Source: Halichondria panicea (lineage: Eukaryota). Taken from it: a stretch of 64,000 bases of DNA. Below, in pieces: positions 1 to 10,600 of this stretch. The DNA is taken from assembly GCF_963675165.1 (NCBI RefSeq), contig NC_087384.1:2614315-2678314 (forward strand). Direction: 5' to 3'. Position numbers and translations under genes: made by a program. Numbering within the stretch: the stretch's first letter is position 1; each line of letters begins with the position of its first letter. The notes beneath the pieces are model-generated. The model was not told where the DNA came from. It saw only the letters and a list, made by a program, of their open reading frames with translations, and searched no databases.

Positions 1-1298
1 CGCTTCTTCGTAGGTAAAATATTCGTGGTCAGACATTCAACCACGAAAACCACGAATAGTTTGCCCCACGAAAATTACCCGCTATACGGTAATCTTTTAG
101 AGCAGCTTATGCAAAGTGATGAGGAAGTGAGCTCCAAAGGGGTGTCAGTACTCTCTACAAACCATAACAGGTCTGTTCCCAAGCCCTTCAAATACCATCT
201 CTTCGATCACACAATACAGTAGAGCAGGAGAGGTACGCAAACTTTCTGGACTTCGGACAACCTTTCATGGTGCTGCCACTACTTCACTGCATTGAGAGCT
301 GGCAAACATGCTTTGTTCCATGCAGTTCTAAACACGCTTTAATTCTGTGAAACGTACATGATTTCATATTGGAGATGGAGGTACACGAACCGGAAATTTG
401 GTGTTTTTTCACACAAATCAAGCTGAATAAAAGAAAGCTCGGCACTAACATAGCAACTGTAGATATCAGTAGTGCTGGGTGTATGTGTGCATGATGTCCG
501 ATTGCTTTGAATTTCTCTTTTAGGCCCCCTACAAGCAGATATAGGGATCATTGTGTACTTTCTTGAGCGCAACTCGCCTCCAACCAGAGGGTATGACATC
601 ACACACTGCATTTACCTAGCATCACGTGGGGCGTTGGCTATCCCTTTCTTTCGTTTATCTATGCTTTAAAATTACCACTTAAACAGGCGATAAAGGGACA
701 ACTGGGAAAAGAAAGCGATATTCATCTGCATCGGATTTTGTAGCTACTTAAAATTAATCTTTTGGAAAACACCAGAATGCACCTGAAATCCAGGTCCGCC
801 CACACAGGGCCCCTGAGCACAGCAGGGTGGGTGTGATCCACAGGCTGGTATTCAGGCCAGTCCACAGACCATGAAACTTTGTCCTCAGGCACTGGAAACC
901 GCTTCACTCCGTCTTGATAGTTGAACAGACGACAGTTGTTGACTTTAGCCATGTGCCTGACTGCAATGAGAGGTCCTGTGATGCTCGAGATACGAGACAA
1001 AAAAGACATGCAACTTTGGCTGGCAGAGAGGTAGTGGTCGTCCACTGCACTGATAACATCTATGACATGGATCAGGGTCTGAGTTTTGTAAGGGGGTGGG
1101 GCTCATAATAATTAACTAATAGTGAGCTAGCTAGCTGCTATACTGCAGGCTGTTTTTATGTTATTGTGGTGCAATAACAAGACCAGGATCGCAAAATGAC
1201 TGACAGCAAGCATTATCTCTTAGAGGAATCTGATGAATCTACTGTAAGGGATCATTAATAATTAATTAATCCACCCACTGCACTCACAAACAAATACT

Positions 1299-1616
1299 AT
1301 GCAGTTGACAGACCTCTCTTCGGACACAAGCCCCGAGTCTCACCGTCGCTATTCTTCAGCTTCCCTGTATGGCCACCCTGACAGTGTGGCGGAAAAGGCT
1401 CTCAACTCAACTCAAGACAAAATGGAGGGACAACCTTTGTCTCTCTCTCCAGTTGAAGAACCAATGTCCGTGGATAGAGAGAGCCTTCGGAAAAATGCAG
1501 TTCGAATTAGCTTGACTCGTCGAATACCTGTAAAAAAGGAAATGGAGAGGAAAGAATTGGAGAGTTTGGTCACTGCAGCTCACAATGACTTGGATAAGCT
1601 TATTCATTACACACTG
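1299..1616 (+). CDS. Paralog A exon 1 (putative start ATG 1299; ORF 1299..1625 cut at GTACAT donor, phase 0)
   Basis: ATG at 1299; donor GT at 1617 just before in-frame TGA; linkage to the PX gene is inferred. Confidence 0.4.
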
Positions 1617-3886
1617 GTACATTGATTGATACTGTGACCTGACAAATTTGGGCGCTATTGTTGACATGTGATTATGAACTCTATTGTAGTGGGTCTTAAT
1701 GTATGATTGTTTTGCTGCCCAATTAGTTGTTTTGCACCAGAAGAGTACGCAGTCTTTGATTTCAACACATACGTAGGTGACCTATATAGTGTAGCAAGGC
1801 CAAACTAGCACAACATTACTGCAAAGGTTGATTTGACATGATTTGACATGATTGTACTATTATGATAGTTAATAATTTTACAGATTGTTGTAGAGGAGAA
1901 TAATTCTCTCAAAGAGGTACTGAAGGATGCTGTGATTTTCAGTGAGGATGGAAACCTAGGAGATGTAAGGGGCATAATTATAGGAATGATTATTACTAAC
2001 ACCAAATCACTGCATGTGTATGCAGATTGTTGAATGCTGTACTGCTCAAATGCTGTACTGCTCAAACAACCGTGTGCATATACTTTACTGAACTTTTTTT
2101 CTTATAGTATTCTGAGATCCTAATCAGCAGGGATAAGGAGCTACCGATATTGAACAGCTTAAGTCACCAGCACTTTAGTACTAGACCGTTGCTTGCATCC
2201 TCTCACTCACAACCACAGCACTCTAATGAGGCAACAGTATCGCCTCAACCAGCAGTGTCGTCAGAGCACACGTACCAATCAGACCAAATGTTTGACCTAT
2301 CAATGGATACTAGTTCATTAAAATCTGAACCAACGCCTGTATTTTCAAGGAGCCTAAATGAGATCGAAGGAGAATTAAGTACTGGGAGTGAAATACGATT
2401 TAGCCCGTTTTCGCCACAAGCCACCATTGCTGAAAACTTCACTCATGCCGTTAGTAACCAGACAAATCTCGATATTGAAAATGTCATCAGGAGTCCTAGA
2501 GCTGAACTTTCAATCAGGAAACTACAGTTGCTGACGCAGTCTTGCAGAGAACACGGGAATAAGCACAACATTGGCGGGAGGTGTTCTACACGAGGAAAAC
2601 AGAAAAGTTCCAAGAAACCAAAACGTGCAAAGTCATTGCAAAAGGTGGCTGTTAACTACACAAGTAGTGAACTGGATGAGAGGGAAATAATGTTGAAGAA
2701 GCCAACATTTTTTACATCTGACATGCTAGCTGTGATAATGGAGAGAAATGAGCTTAAGGAGAAGGTTCACATGCTGGAGGAAAAGGTTGACGAGCTTGGG
2801 GAGTGAGTATAGTAATATTAAGTCCGTTTTTTGTGAAATATCCCATGTTTAGCCATTAATTTTCTCTTCGCATTCAATTTTGGCATAGATTTAATTTCTA
2901 GCATAAATTGTTGAAGTACATTGTCCATACACGTTATTCTTTTGTGCAGAGAGTTAGCTCACACTCAGATGAAGCTGGTTGATGAGTTGCAGGGCGAAAC
3001 TGAAGGTATTCAAAGAACAAACTTCTTTAGACGAAATACGAGAATAAAGTAAGGGAATTAGGTAGAATGCTTTGGCATTATTTTGTATACAATAATTATA
3101 TAGGAGCAAAAAATCTGAGAGTGAAATTTTCATCAGTGACGTGTTAGTGATTGGATACAAGAAGAAGGAGAGAGTGTTTGTAAGTATGGCTTGTATTGCC
3201 TAAGATTGTTATAACAAATGTACACTGTGGCAGGTGTATGTAATTCACACGACATGGTCTGATGGACAACGATTTGAGATCTACCGTCGCTATGGGGAGT
3301 TTTTCACCTATGATGACCGACTACTGCAGCTGTTTCAAACGGAAGGAAGCAAGATCGATAAAGTACTTCCCACTCTACCAAGTAAGTCACATCGATATAC
3401 TTGAAGAAATAAGCTACCCGTGCAGTACCAACACTAATGAAAGCACCGCAGGTGCTGATGCCTCGGTGGAGATGCCAAAGCTACATAACATAAAGCTACT
3501 AATAGCTTTCCACAATCATGCATGCAAACTCAATGACCGGCCATGATTGTTGTTAAAAACGATCGATGCCAAAAGTTCAAGTCTAAAATTAATGGCTGCT
3601 GTCTGCAGCGCAGAGCCTTGCAGCTCTCTTCTCACTCTTGCAGCTACCAATAGCTAGCGTTCTAGTGCAGAGCTAACTACTAAGTAGGGTAGCAACATTC
3701 GGTGAACAAGTTTGGCTACGTGCTTTTCTGAAAAGGCTGCAATGGCATTCCAAGTAAGCAAAACTAGGCATAACTCGAGAACGAAGCATTATTTTGCAAA
3801 TCCACGAATTAAACCCAAGTAAACATGGCTAGAAACCTATAGAAACTCTTACTTGCACTTGATTCATCCTTGAGCAGCTGTAGCAG

Positions 3887-3952
<66 letters not shown>

Positions 3953-6900
3953 ATCTGTATACCTCGCTTGCGCATGCACACTGAGGCATAATTATTACAA
4001 ATGCTATACAGTGTAGCACTCGTTATAATTTCATTTTCAGATATTGACAATGTGCTGAGTTTATTTGGTCGTACTAACAATGAACATGTTATCAAGCAAA
4101 GACTGGGGACTATCAATGACTACTGCCAGGTAAACAACTTGACTCCCTTCTCAACTGTAAATGGAAGTCCATTGCAAATGTGTACTCAGCATAGGGCCTT
4201 AACCTTATATTATTTCTATCACTATAATTAGTATACGTATTGTTTGCAGATTCTCCTTTGTGAATTGGATGTGATGATATCTAGAAACGATTTTGTTCTC
4301 AGTTTCTTTCGACCTCAACCAGGAGATAGACAGCTGCAAAAGTGTGTTTGTAAATTTTATAAATATACAGCTTTTACACATTTTCGTTTATACACAGCCT
4401 AGCCAAATCCAGAACTGAATCCGAGTTGGGTATGTCCATCATCTCTGTCTACCCTCAACAAGTTCCTGCAGGTACGAACACACATGTACATGTACTGCAG
4501 CCTTCTACTAGCGAGAAATACGATGAACACATGAAAACATTCAATTGTAATTGGTCGAGTGGATATCACGGTTTATTTTGTGTGATAATTGCAAAGGTGT
4601 ACACGTAGATTATTTAAAATGACCTCCCGTGTTCTTCTATACAGGCAGTACATTTGAAGAGTATGTCACACTGGCTGACTACAAACCAAAATCTGAGGGA
4701 GAGCTGTCAGTGAAGGCTGGGGAGGTGGTAAAGGTCATCAACAGAGAAGCTACTGGTAAGAAAAAACCAACTTTAATTGTGGAGCATACATTGACAAAAA
4801 TAATAGCGGCTCCTTTATACGATAGAGTGTATGACACTGTTGTCTCGATACTTACATCTTTGTAAAGGTTGGTGGATGGTCAGCCAGAGCCCGGAGTGTG
4901 AAGATGGAGAGGAGAGGGTAGGCTACATACCCGGGGACTTCCTCAAGAGATACGACCCAACTCAAAATGTAGACGAAGATTCAATAAAGAATTACCTTGG
5001 TTTCGTGTCTCCAGCTGCGCTTACTGATAGTGCTAGAGCAGACGTGGACTCCGCACTGAAGTATGTGGCTATTGAGGACTATACGTCTGACGATCCTCGC
5101 CAGCTGTGTTTCACTGAAGGGACACAAGTAATAGTCATTGAGAAGAGTGAAGATGGTAATTATACGTGTGTAAAATTGTGTAGGTTCTAAATTGTGTATG
5201 TTGAAAATTACTCGTACTGTAAGTAATTTTCATGCATTATTTTGTACTACGCATCTATGTAAAAATTATGCATGAGCATACTTTTAGGGAATACAATACA
5301 TTGACCAGCATGCAGTTCCTGCTGAACCTAAATTTAACTCAGTTGCTGTTGTCCAGCTATGGTCCTCCATTGCAGTTTACTTTGTTTGTACAGGATGGTG
5401 GTTAGTAGCAGCTGGTGGTCGACATGGCTGGGCTCCTGCATCGTACTTGGAGCCCATGGACAGAAGAATATATCCGGAGGGAGAGGGTAAGTTCTAGGAA
5501 GCACATCATTAAAGCTGCATCAGTTGCACAAAGAGGTCTTCCATATATATTGCATGTAATAATTATAGCCTCTGCCTCACACCATAAAAGTTTTCTAATT
5601 GAGAAGTCAAATCTATCACAAACAAATAGATAGATCTATATCATTAATTTTATACACTTGTACAGATTTGTTTGTCTCAATGAGAATAATGGACGTTGTC
5701 AGCGGAGAGAAATACGTGACTAAAGCTGCCTTCAAAGGAGAAATTGAAGAAGACATCTCTTTTCCCGAGAAGGCCACCATTGAAGTGATTGAGAAGTCCA
5801 TCAGTGGCTGGTGGATGGTCAGGTGATCAGTAAACTGCAAGGCTGTATAACAGAACACAATAATAAATGACTGATGTTGTCGTTTCAGTAACCACGTGCG
5901 GTCTTTAATTGTTTAACTTCCTCTATGCGTTACTGTCTGTTACAATGGTTACATCTGCAATTATCTCTTCGGAGGATGTCTTTGTTCAAAAATGAAAGTG
6001 TATCTTTTGTGCGTCAATGTTCATTTATGATTAATGCAGGCACAAGGGAAAGATTGGAATGGCTCCTGCTTCCATGCTAGCTCTCACAGAGTCACAACTC
6101 AATGTACCTGGAGAGTACAAATTTGCAATGACAGTGGTACGTAGCAATCAGTACCTTTCAATAGTACATGTACGTAAATACATTCCAGTAACAATTTATA
6201 ATGACACAGGATTTGGGACATGGCGTGTCTGGAATCATCCAACCTCCACCAAGAAGGTAAGAAGAATTTATGTATAATTGTAGAATGCCAAGCATGCCTT
6301 GTAAGTGGATGATTAACTGTAATGTCGTTGCTAGCGTAACTATTACATTACTCTTGATTTTGCAGCAAGAGGTTTCTCCTGCTGAGTCAGTCCCACCGTC
6401 GCCAACGATCCAACACTAACACGGACGAAAAGAATTTTGAAACGTTGTTTGAAGAAGGACACACACCCTGCAGTAGCTCGTCCAATTCAGATAATAGCGA
6501 TATTGAGACAAAGCATTCGTCGATGAGCAAACATGTGAGAAAGCATGTTATTACAAATGAAAAACGACGACGAAAATTCAAATCATTCTTGCATGTACGT
6601 CCTGATGACATCAAGTCAAAACGGTCGAGTTCCATGTCTCAGCAGGACAAAAGAGCAACTCTACCTGCATCCCTTATGCAGAGATCATGGGGAGCAAAGA
6701 AACTCGATTTTAAAGGAATGGAGGTGTTTATCGGAGAAAATTCTCCACTAGAAGCGAAAAAAGGCTCTTTTCCGAGCAAACCAAGATCTTTAAGCAATGA
6801 CGAACTGCTAATGGGCTCCTTAATGAACCGCGAGACGCAGGGTAAAGGTACCCCGTCAGATCAACCAGAAGATTTTCTTCATCACAATGATAAGCTACCA

Positions 6901-7281
6901 TTTGAGACTGAAGCTATCAGTAACCCAGAGTCAATCTGCGGCCTAGAAACCAAAATGAATGAAATTCAATGTACCAATGGATCCACTAAATGTGAGACTC
7001 AGCGAATGCTCCCTAAGCCTGTAGAGGAAAACACTCCATCAAAAATTGCTTTAAATGACCTCCCCCTAAGTAAAGACCTACATATTTCCCCTGCACAACA
7101 GCTAAACGTTCCCAGTGAGGCATCAATCGAAAGTACTAGTGGTGCGAAGACGAGTGAATCTATTAACATTATTGAGAACACAAAAACATTGTCATCCTTG
7201 CCAATGCCTGAAAGTGAAGAGGGGGAGCGAAGCGTTTCCACATCTGTAACCAATTGCAATGAGTCTAGTTCCGATCTATAA
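1299..7281 (+). CDS. Gene span: Tks/SH3PXD2-like adaptor paralog A (N-terminal coiled-coil-like extension + PX + 3 SH3 + Ser-rich tail), 16 coding exons, ~1126 aa
   Basis: PX motifs (YVIHTTWSDGQRFEIYRRYGEFF, INDYCQ) and three SH3 motifs (ALYDY-like ...GWWxV...GWAPASYLE) in exons joined by GT-AG introns with consistent phases; terminal ORF 6445..7281. Confidence 0.7.
1884..1964 (+). CDS. Paralog A exon 2 (27 codons, IVVEENNSLKEVLKDAVIFSEDGNLGD)
   Basis: ttttacAG acceptor, GTAAGG donor, phase 0/0; no ORF-track anchor. Confidence 0.35.
2108..2802 (+). CDS. Paralog A exon 3 (Ser/Gln-rich, ends in coiled-coil ERNELKEKVHMLEEKVDELG)
   Basis: ORF 2150..2806 frame extended up to cttatAG acceptor; GTGAGT donor overlaps the in-frame TGA. 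Confidence 0.5.
2950..3048 (+). CDS. Paralog A exon 4 (ELAHTQMKLVDELQGETEGIQRTNFFRRNTRI)
   Basis: ttgtgcAG acceptor; the GTAAGG donor at 3049 is the only one that keeps frame with exon 5 (a GTATTC donor at 3006 would break frame). Confidence 0.45.
3104..3179 (+). CDS. Paralog A exon 5, PX domain N-terminus (SKKSESEIFISDVLVIGYKKKERVF)
   Basis: Homologous to paralog B exon 1 (SEIVHIVVTGYQKKKSPNKYY) and to the Tks5 N-terminus (VVDVEKRRNPSKHYVY). Confidence 0.6.
3234..3381 (+). CDS. Paralog A exon 6, PX core (VYVIHTTWSDGQRFEIYRRYGEFFTYDDRLLQLFQTEGSKIDKVLPTLP)
   Basis: PX signature RRYxEF and proline motif; cAG acceptor at 3233, GTAAGT donor at 3382; phase-1 end conserved with paralog B exon 3. 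Confidence 0.8.
3420..3990 (+). repeat. Dispersed ~600-bp repeat family ending in a (CA)n tract, copy 1 (in the paralog A intron)
   Basis: Shares aatgaaagcaccgcaggtgctgatgcctcggtggagatgccaaagctac ... gctaccaatagctagcgttctagtgcagagctaactact ... (CA)n ... cctcgcttgcgcatgc with 61060-62200 and 63530-64000; partial copies at 20290-20530 (+) and 35200-35310 (-). Confidence 0.75.
3889..3952 (+). repeat. (CA)n microsatellite (tail of repeat copy 1)
   Basis: Direct. Confidence 0.9.
4041..4129 (+). CDS. Paralog A exon 7, PX C-terminal part (NIDNVLSLFGRTNNEHVIKQRLGTINDYCQ)
   Basis: ttttcAG acceptor, GTAAAC donor; matches Tks5 ...RLKPIDEYC. Confidence 0.75.
4250..4341 (+). CDS. Paralog A exon 8 (ILLCELDVMISRNDFVLSFFRPQPGDRQLQ)
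   Basis: tttgcAG acceptor, GTGTGT donor, phase-2 end as in paralog B exon 5. Confidence 0.65.
4398..4471 (+). CDS. Paralog A exon 9 (NLAKSRTESELGMSIISVYPQQVPA)
   Basis: acacAG acceptor, GTACGA donor; parallels paralog B exon 6. Confidence 0.6.
4645..4755 (+). CDS. Paralog A exon 10, SH3-1 N-half (GSTFEEYVTLADYKPKSEGELSVKAGEVVKVINREATG)
   Basis: Anchored to ORF 4629..4865 frame; GTAAGA donor. Confidence 0.8.
4868..5155 (+). CDS. Paralog A exon 11, SH3-1 C-half (WWMVSQ...GYIPGDFLKRY) + linker + SH3-2 N-half (KYVAIEDYTSDDPRQLCFTEGTQVIVIEKSEDG)
   Basis: Anchored to ORF 4831..5190 frame; GTAATT donor after ...GAT G. Confidence 0.8.
5394..5486 (+). CDS. Paralog A exon 12, SH3-2 C-half (WWLVAAGGRHGWAPASYLEPMDRRIYPEGEG)
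   Basis: tgtacAG acceptor, GTAAGT donor. Confidence 0.75.
5666..5822 (+). CDS. Paralog A exon 13, SH3-3 N-half (DLFVSMRIMDVVSGEKYVTKAAFKGEIEEDISFPEKATIEVIEKSISGWWMV)
   Basis: Anchored to ORF 5599..5826 frame; GTGATC donor. Confidence 0.75.
6040..6136 (+). CDS. Paralog A exon 14, SH3-3 C-half (RHKGKIGMAPASMLALTESQLNVPGEYKFAMTV)
   Basis: Anchored to ORF 6059..6277; GTACGT donor at 6137. Confidence 0.75.
6210..6256 (+). CDS. Paralog A exon 15 (DLGHGVSGIIQPPPR)
   Basis: acacAG acceptor, GTAAGA donor, phase 0 to 2. Confidence 0.5.
6366..7281 (+). CDS. Paralog A terminal exon (Ser-rich, basic tail; stop TAA 7279-7281)
   Basis: ORF 6445..7281 frame extended up to ttttgcAG acceptor (SKRFLLLSQSHRRQRSNTNTDEKNFETLFEEGHTP...). 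Confidence 0.7.
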
Positions 7282-7547
7282 CTGTTCTAGCTGTGCTGTG
7301 TGTTGTCTATGGTTTGTTTGTACTGAGTGTGTGGTAATGTTTACAAGCCAAAAATCAATTTATCTGCGGAAGTGGTCAAATACGCAAACCACAAAGCATG
7401 CCAAAGGGAATCTGTATATAAGAGCAATCATAACAGCAGCTAGACCTACTTAACTGTAAACTGTAAACATTCAAATACTTTATATAGGCTACTGCTGGCA
7501 GTTCCTTACTTATTCTGTAAATCAGTAGAATTGTTGTACGAGAGAGA

Positions 7548-7634
7548 ATGCCGTGGAAACGCTCCTCAAGGTCAGAGATAGTGCACATTGTGGTCACTGG
7601 CTACCAGAAGAAGAAATCTCCAAACAAATACTAT
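7548..7634 (+). CDS. Paralog B exon 1 (ATG; MPWKRSSRSEIVHIVVTGYQKKKSPNKYY, PX N-terminus)
   Basis: ATG at 7548; GTGAGC donor at 7635; homologous to paralog A exon 5. Confidence 0.65.
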
Positions 7635-10600
7635 GTGAGCAACTACAGCTGAGTTGTAATAATTATTAAACAGCTATAATTATAAGGCATAATGTACACT
7701 GAATCACCGGCCATAATTATCTAGACTTGTCAGTTACTCCGAACTAGCTGTTCAGTAGTTTATACTGCATGCATGCATGGATTTGATAATCAATCGACCA
7801 TTAGTATTAGACGACCTGTTTCCTTTTGCAGGTGTTTGTGATTGACATAACATGGAATAACTCCGAAAGATTCGAGGTTTATCGTCGCTACAGTGATTTT
7901 TTCTCTTTCCAGGTCAGTGACTACACACTGCATACATAATTGTACGTAATCACAGCACCATGACTGCATTTAGACAATAATACTGGCAGTTTTTCACCAT
8001 AAATTATTTAAAGACTTTTTGATACCCTACACTGTTACTGTTTGCTAACGTGTGCATCTTATGTGTTCACCTCATCCCACCTCTGCAGACGACACTCAAG
8101 GCTCTTTTCCCGGGTGCTGCTGGCAAGAAAACGGATACTAGGGTGATCCCCCAGTTACCAAGTGAGTCGGTATTGGTGATAGTGGCGATTAGACTAATTA
8201 AGGTTCCAACTACCAATGTTTGGGGATATACCAACATTGTTTCTTTCCCCTAGGTGATAGTTTGCTTAAAATTACTAGCTATGTACTCAGTCTATTTTGT
8301 AAAGCCAATGGATCAAGCAGTCCATACTTAAAGAGCAGCTGCTTATTCTACGTTGGTGGGAAACACCCGAATCATTATTACTGTATTTGCTGATGCCTCT
8401 TAATGGCATAATTAATTACATGGTGTACGTTGCCTTTTCTGAACTGCAACTTAAAGATGCATACTTACGTATTGAAACAATACACATGCAGTACTAAAAT
8501 TACATGCTGTTTATACTTACATGCTGCTTATACTTGCAGAGCGAATATTTGTCGGAAGGAGCCACGTTGCCAAGGTAGCAGAAGCAAGACTGGAACAAAT
8601 CAATAGATACTGTCAGGTATGGTATTCCCAATTGCTGCATTTGTCGTACTTCATGACATCACAGTATACCTGGTATAAGAACAGTGATAATTTATTACAA
8701 GTGAACTGTACGTAAAAATGGAGCGAATCGATTCATGAATGTGGCTTCACAAGATCGATTTGCTTGGCTTCTTTCAGAGATCATGCCAGCATTGTTGACA
8801 CACCATAGAAGGCTATGGGATGGTGGTGGTGTGTGGACATCTGGTTCATCACCCTCTGATGTCTATTGATTTGTGTTAGACCCAAGAATACATGTGTTGA
8901 TGATAATATCCAACTACTGAATAGGTTAAAATACGGTACTAATAATTATATTTATTTTCCCTTAGACTCTGATCAGTCTAGAGCCGTTGATCTCTGAGAG
9001 TGTCCATGTGATTGGTTTCTTTAGCCCACGAAGCACAGACAAACCACTTCCAAAGTAAGCATTGATTGATCCACTACAGTATTGCACATACTTTTAATGA
9101 CAGCTAAGTGCCATTTAATGCCGGCAACAGAATAAATAAGTGAAACCTTTTGTGTACACATAATTTTATGAAGTCATTTCTAGCTGATATACACACAAAA
9201 AAACCCACAGTGTTACTGTACACAGTTGGATGAGTAATTGTTCTCTTGGGCCCTCCCCTATCATGCACTCTTGACCTTACTGGAACCTGTCACATGCATA
9301 CTATACTCCCACCCTTTGCAGGCTTCATCTACACAGACCAGCCTCCATACATCCTCAGAAGATTCCGGCAGGTAACCTAAATAGGCCAGAACTACAATGA
9401 CATCGATAATATCTGTAGTCAGTCATCTAGAGCATTCTTTGCGTACACTTCACTATAATTATTGCTGTTATATGTACTGTACAGTATACCCGAGTTTTCC
9501 ATTATCATCACCACGGTCCATGCAGGTAGTCTATTTGAGGATTACTGTGCTCTGGCAGAATACCAGGCCGAGGACGAGTCTCAAATCTCTTTTAGTCCTG
9601 GGGAGAAGGTGCTAGTGTTGTCTAAAGATGATTCAGGTAAGTAACAGTTGTGTCTGGGGCATGGCCCTGTTTGGAGGCTAATTATTAGGTGTGTACAAAG
9701 AATTGGAACGTACTCTAAATTTGGGTTTGTATTAAGATTAATTTGCTACAAAATCATGGTATTTACACTACATTATTAGGTATGTAACTGGCATTTTTCC
9801 AAGGAAACGACTGTAGTGTGTGTGCTTCCCCCACACGTTGTGGTCAAATTTTAATCCTCCACACGTACATTGCATGCCCACAGCTGCCCCACCAAACCAC
9901 TTGTTTACTGTGCTATAGCTGCTGTGGCCAAATACAGCTGTTTAATTCTGGCAATCAGTTTGCCCAGTGTTGGCTAATGTCACTTTTTGTTTTAAGTATC
10001 ATGAAGTTCTTATTTGACTGTGCTCCAAATATAAGGAAGTAGTACCCCCACAAATTATTTTAGCTTTATGTTTTCCTCGATCAATAGCACTTCCTTCATT
10101 TCCCTCTCGAAGTATAATACCCTAATACCCTGCAAGTGATGTTCATGTCTTAATTGACTATAATTATATATAGTATGTGTACCGGTTCAGTGTGTAATGT
10201 ATACATAATGTATACATGTATGCATGTGCATGTCTCAATAATTATAGTCTACCGATTCAGTGTTTAATGTGCATGTCTCAATATAGTCTGCCGGGTCAGT
10301 TTGTAATGAATGTAACACTACAGGTTGGTGGATGTGCAGTGTGGACGGAGGTAAGGTGGGCTGGGCCCCTCCCTCCTACCTCAAGAAATGTGAGAAGAAC
10401 AGTGACGGAGATAGTGACACAGACGATGAATACATTGGATTTCCCGATTCCTGTAAGCCACCACCTGCATGCATGGTACACACATTCATGCACTATTAGT
10501 ATGTCTTCTCTGTTGTAAAACCATACTTGAGTGTGTATTACACATACACATGCTTTTAATCATTCTCTTATTTCCATTCCCACTCACCTCGTCACAACAT

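Noticed and set aside
3262-3546. 94-aa ORF overlapping the PX exon of paralog A
   Set aside because: It is the +1 frame of the PX exon running into the intronic (CA)n-tailed repeat. The PX-encoding frame with GT-AG boundaries is the real one.
3829-4116. ORFs containing poly-(Cys-Val) runs (also 30564-30770, 30688-30879, 34332-34595 and 61934-62122)
   Set aside because: These are translations of (CA)n/(GT)n microsatellites, not genes.
7282-7547. Looked for a poly(A) signal or promoter elements in the 267-bp paralog A / paralog B spacer
   Set aside because: No AATAAA or ATTAAA and no convincing TATA-like element are present, so no feature is called. The absence is noted under the tandem-duplication finding.
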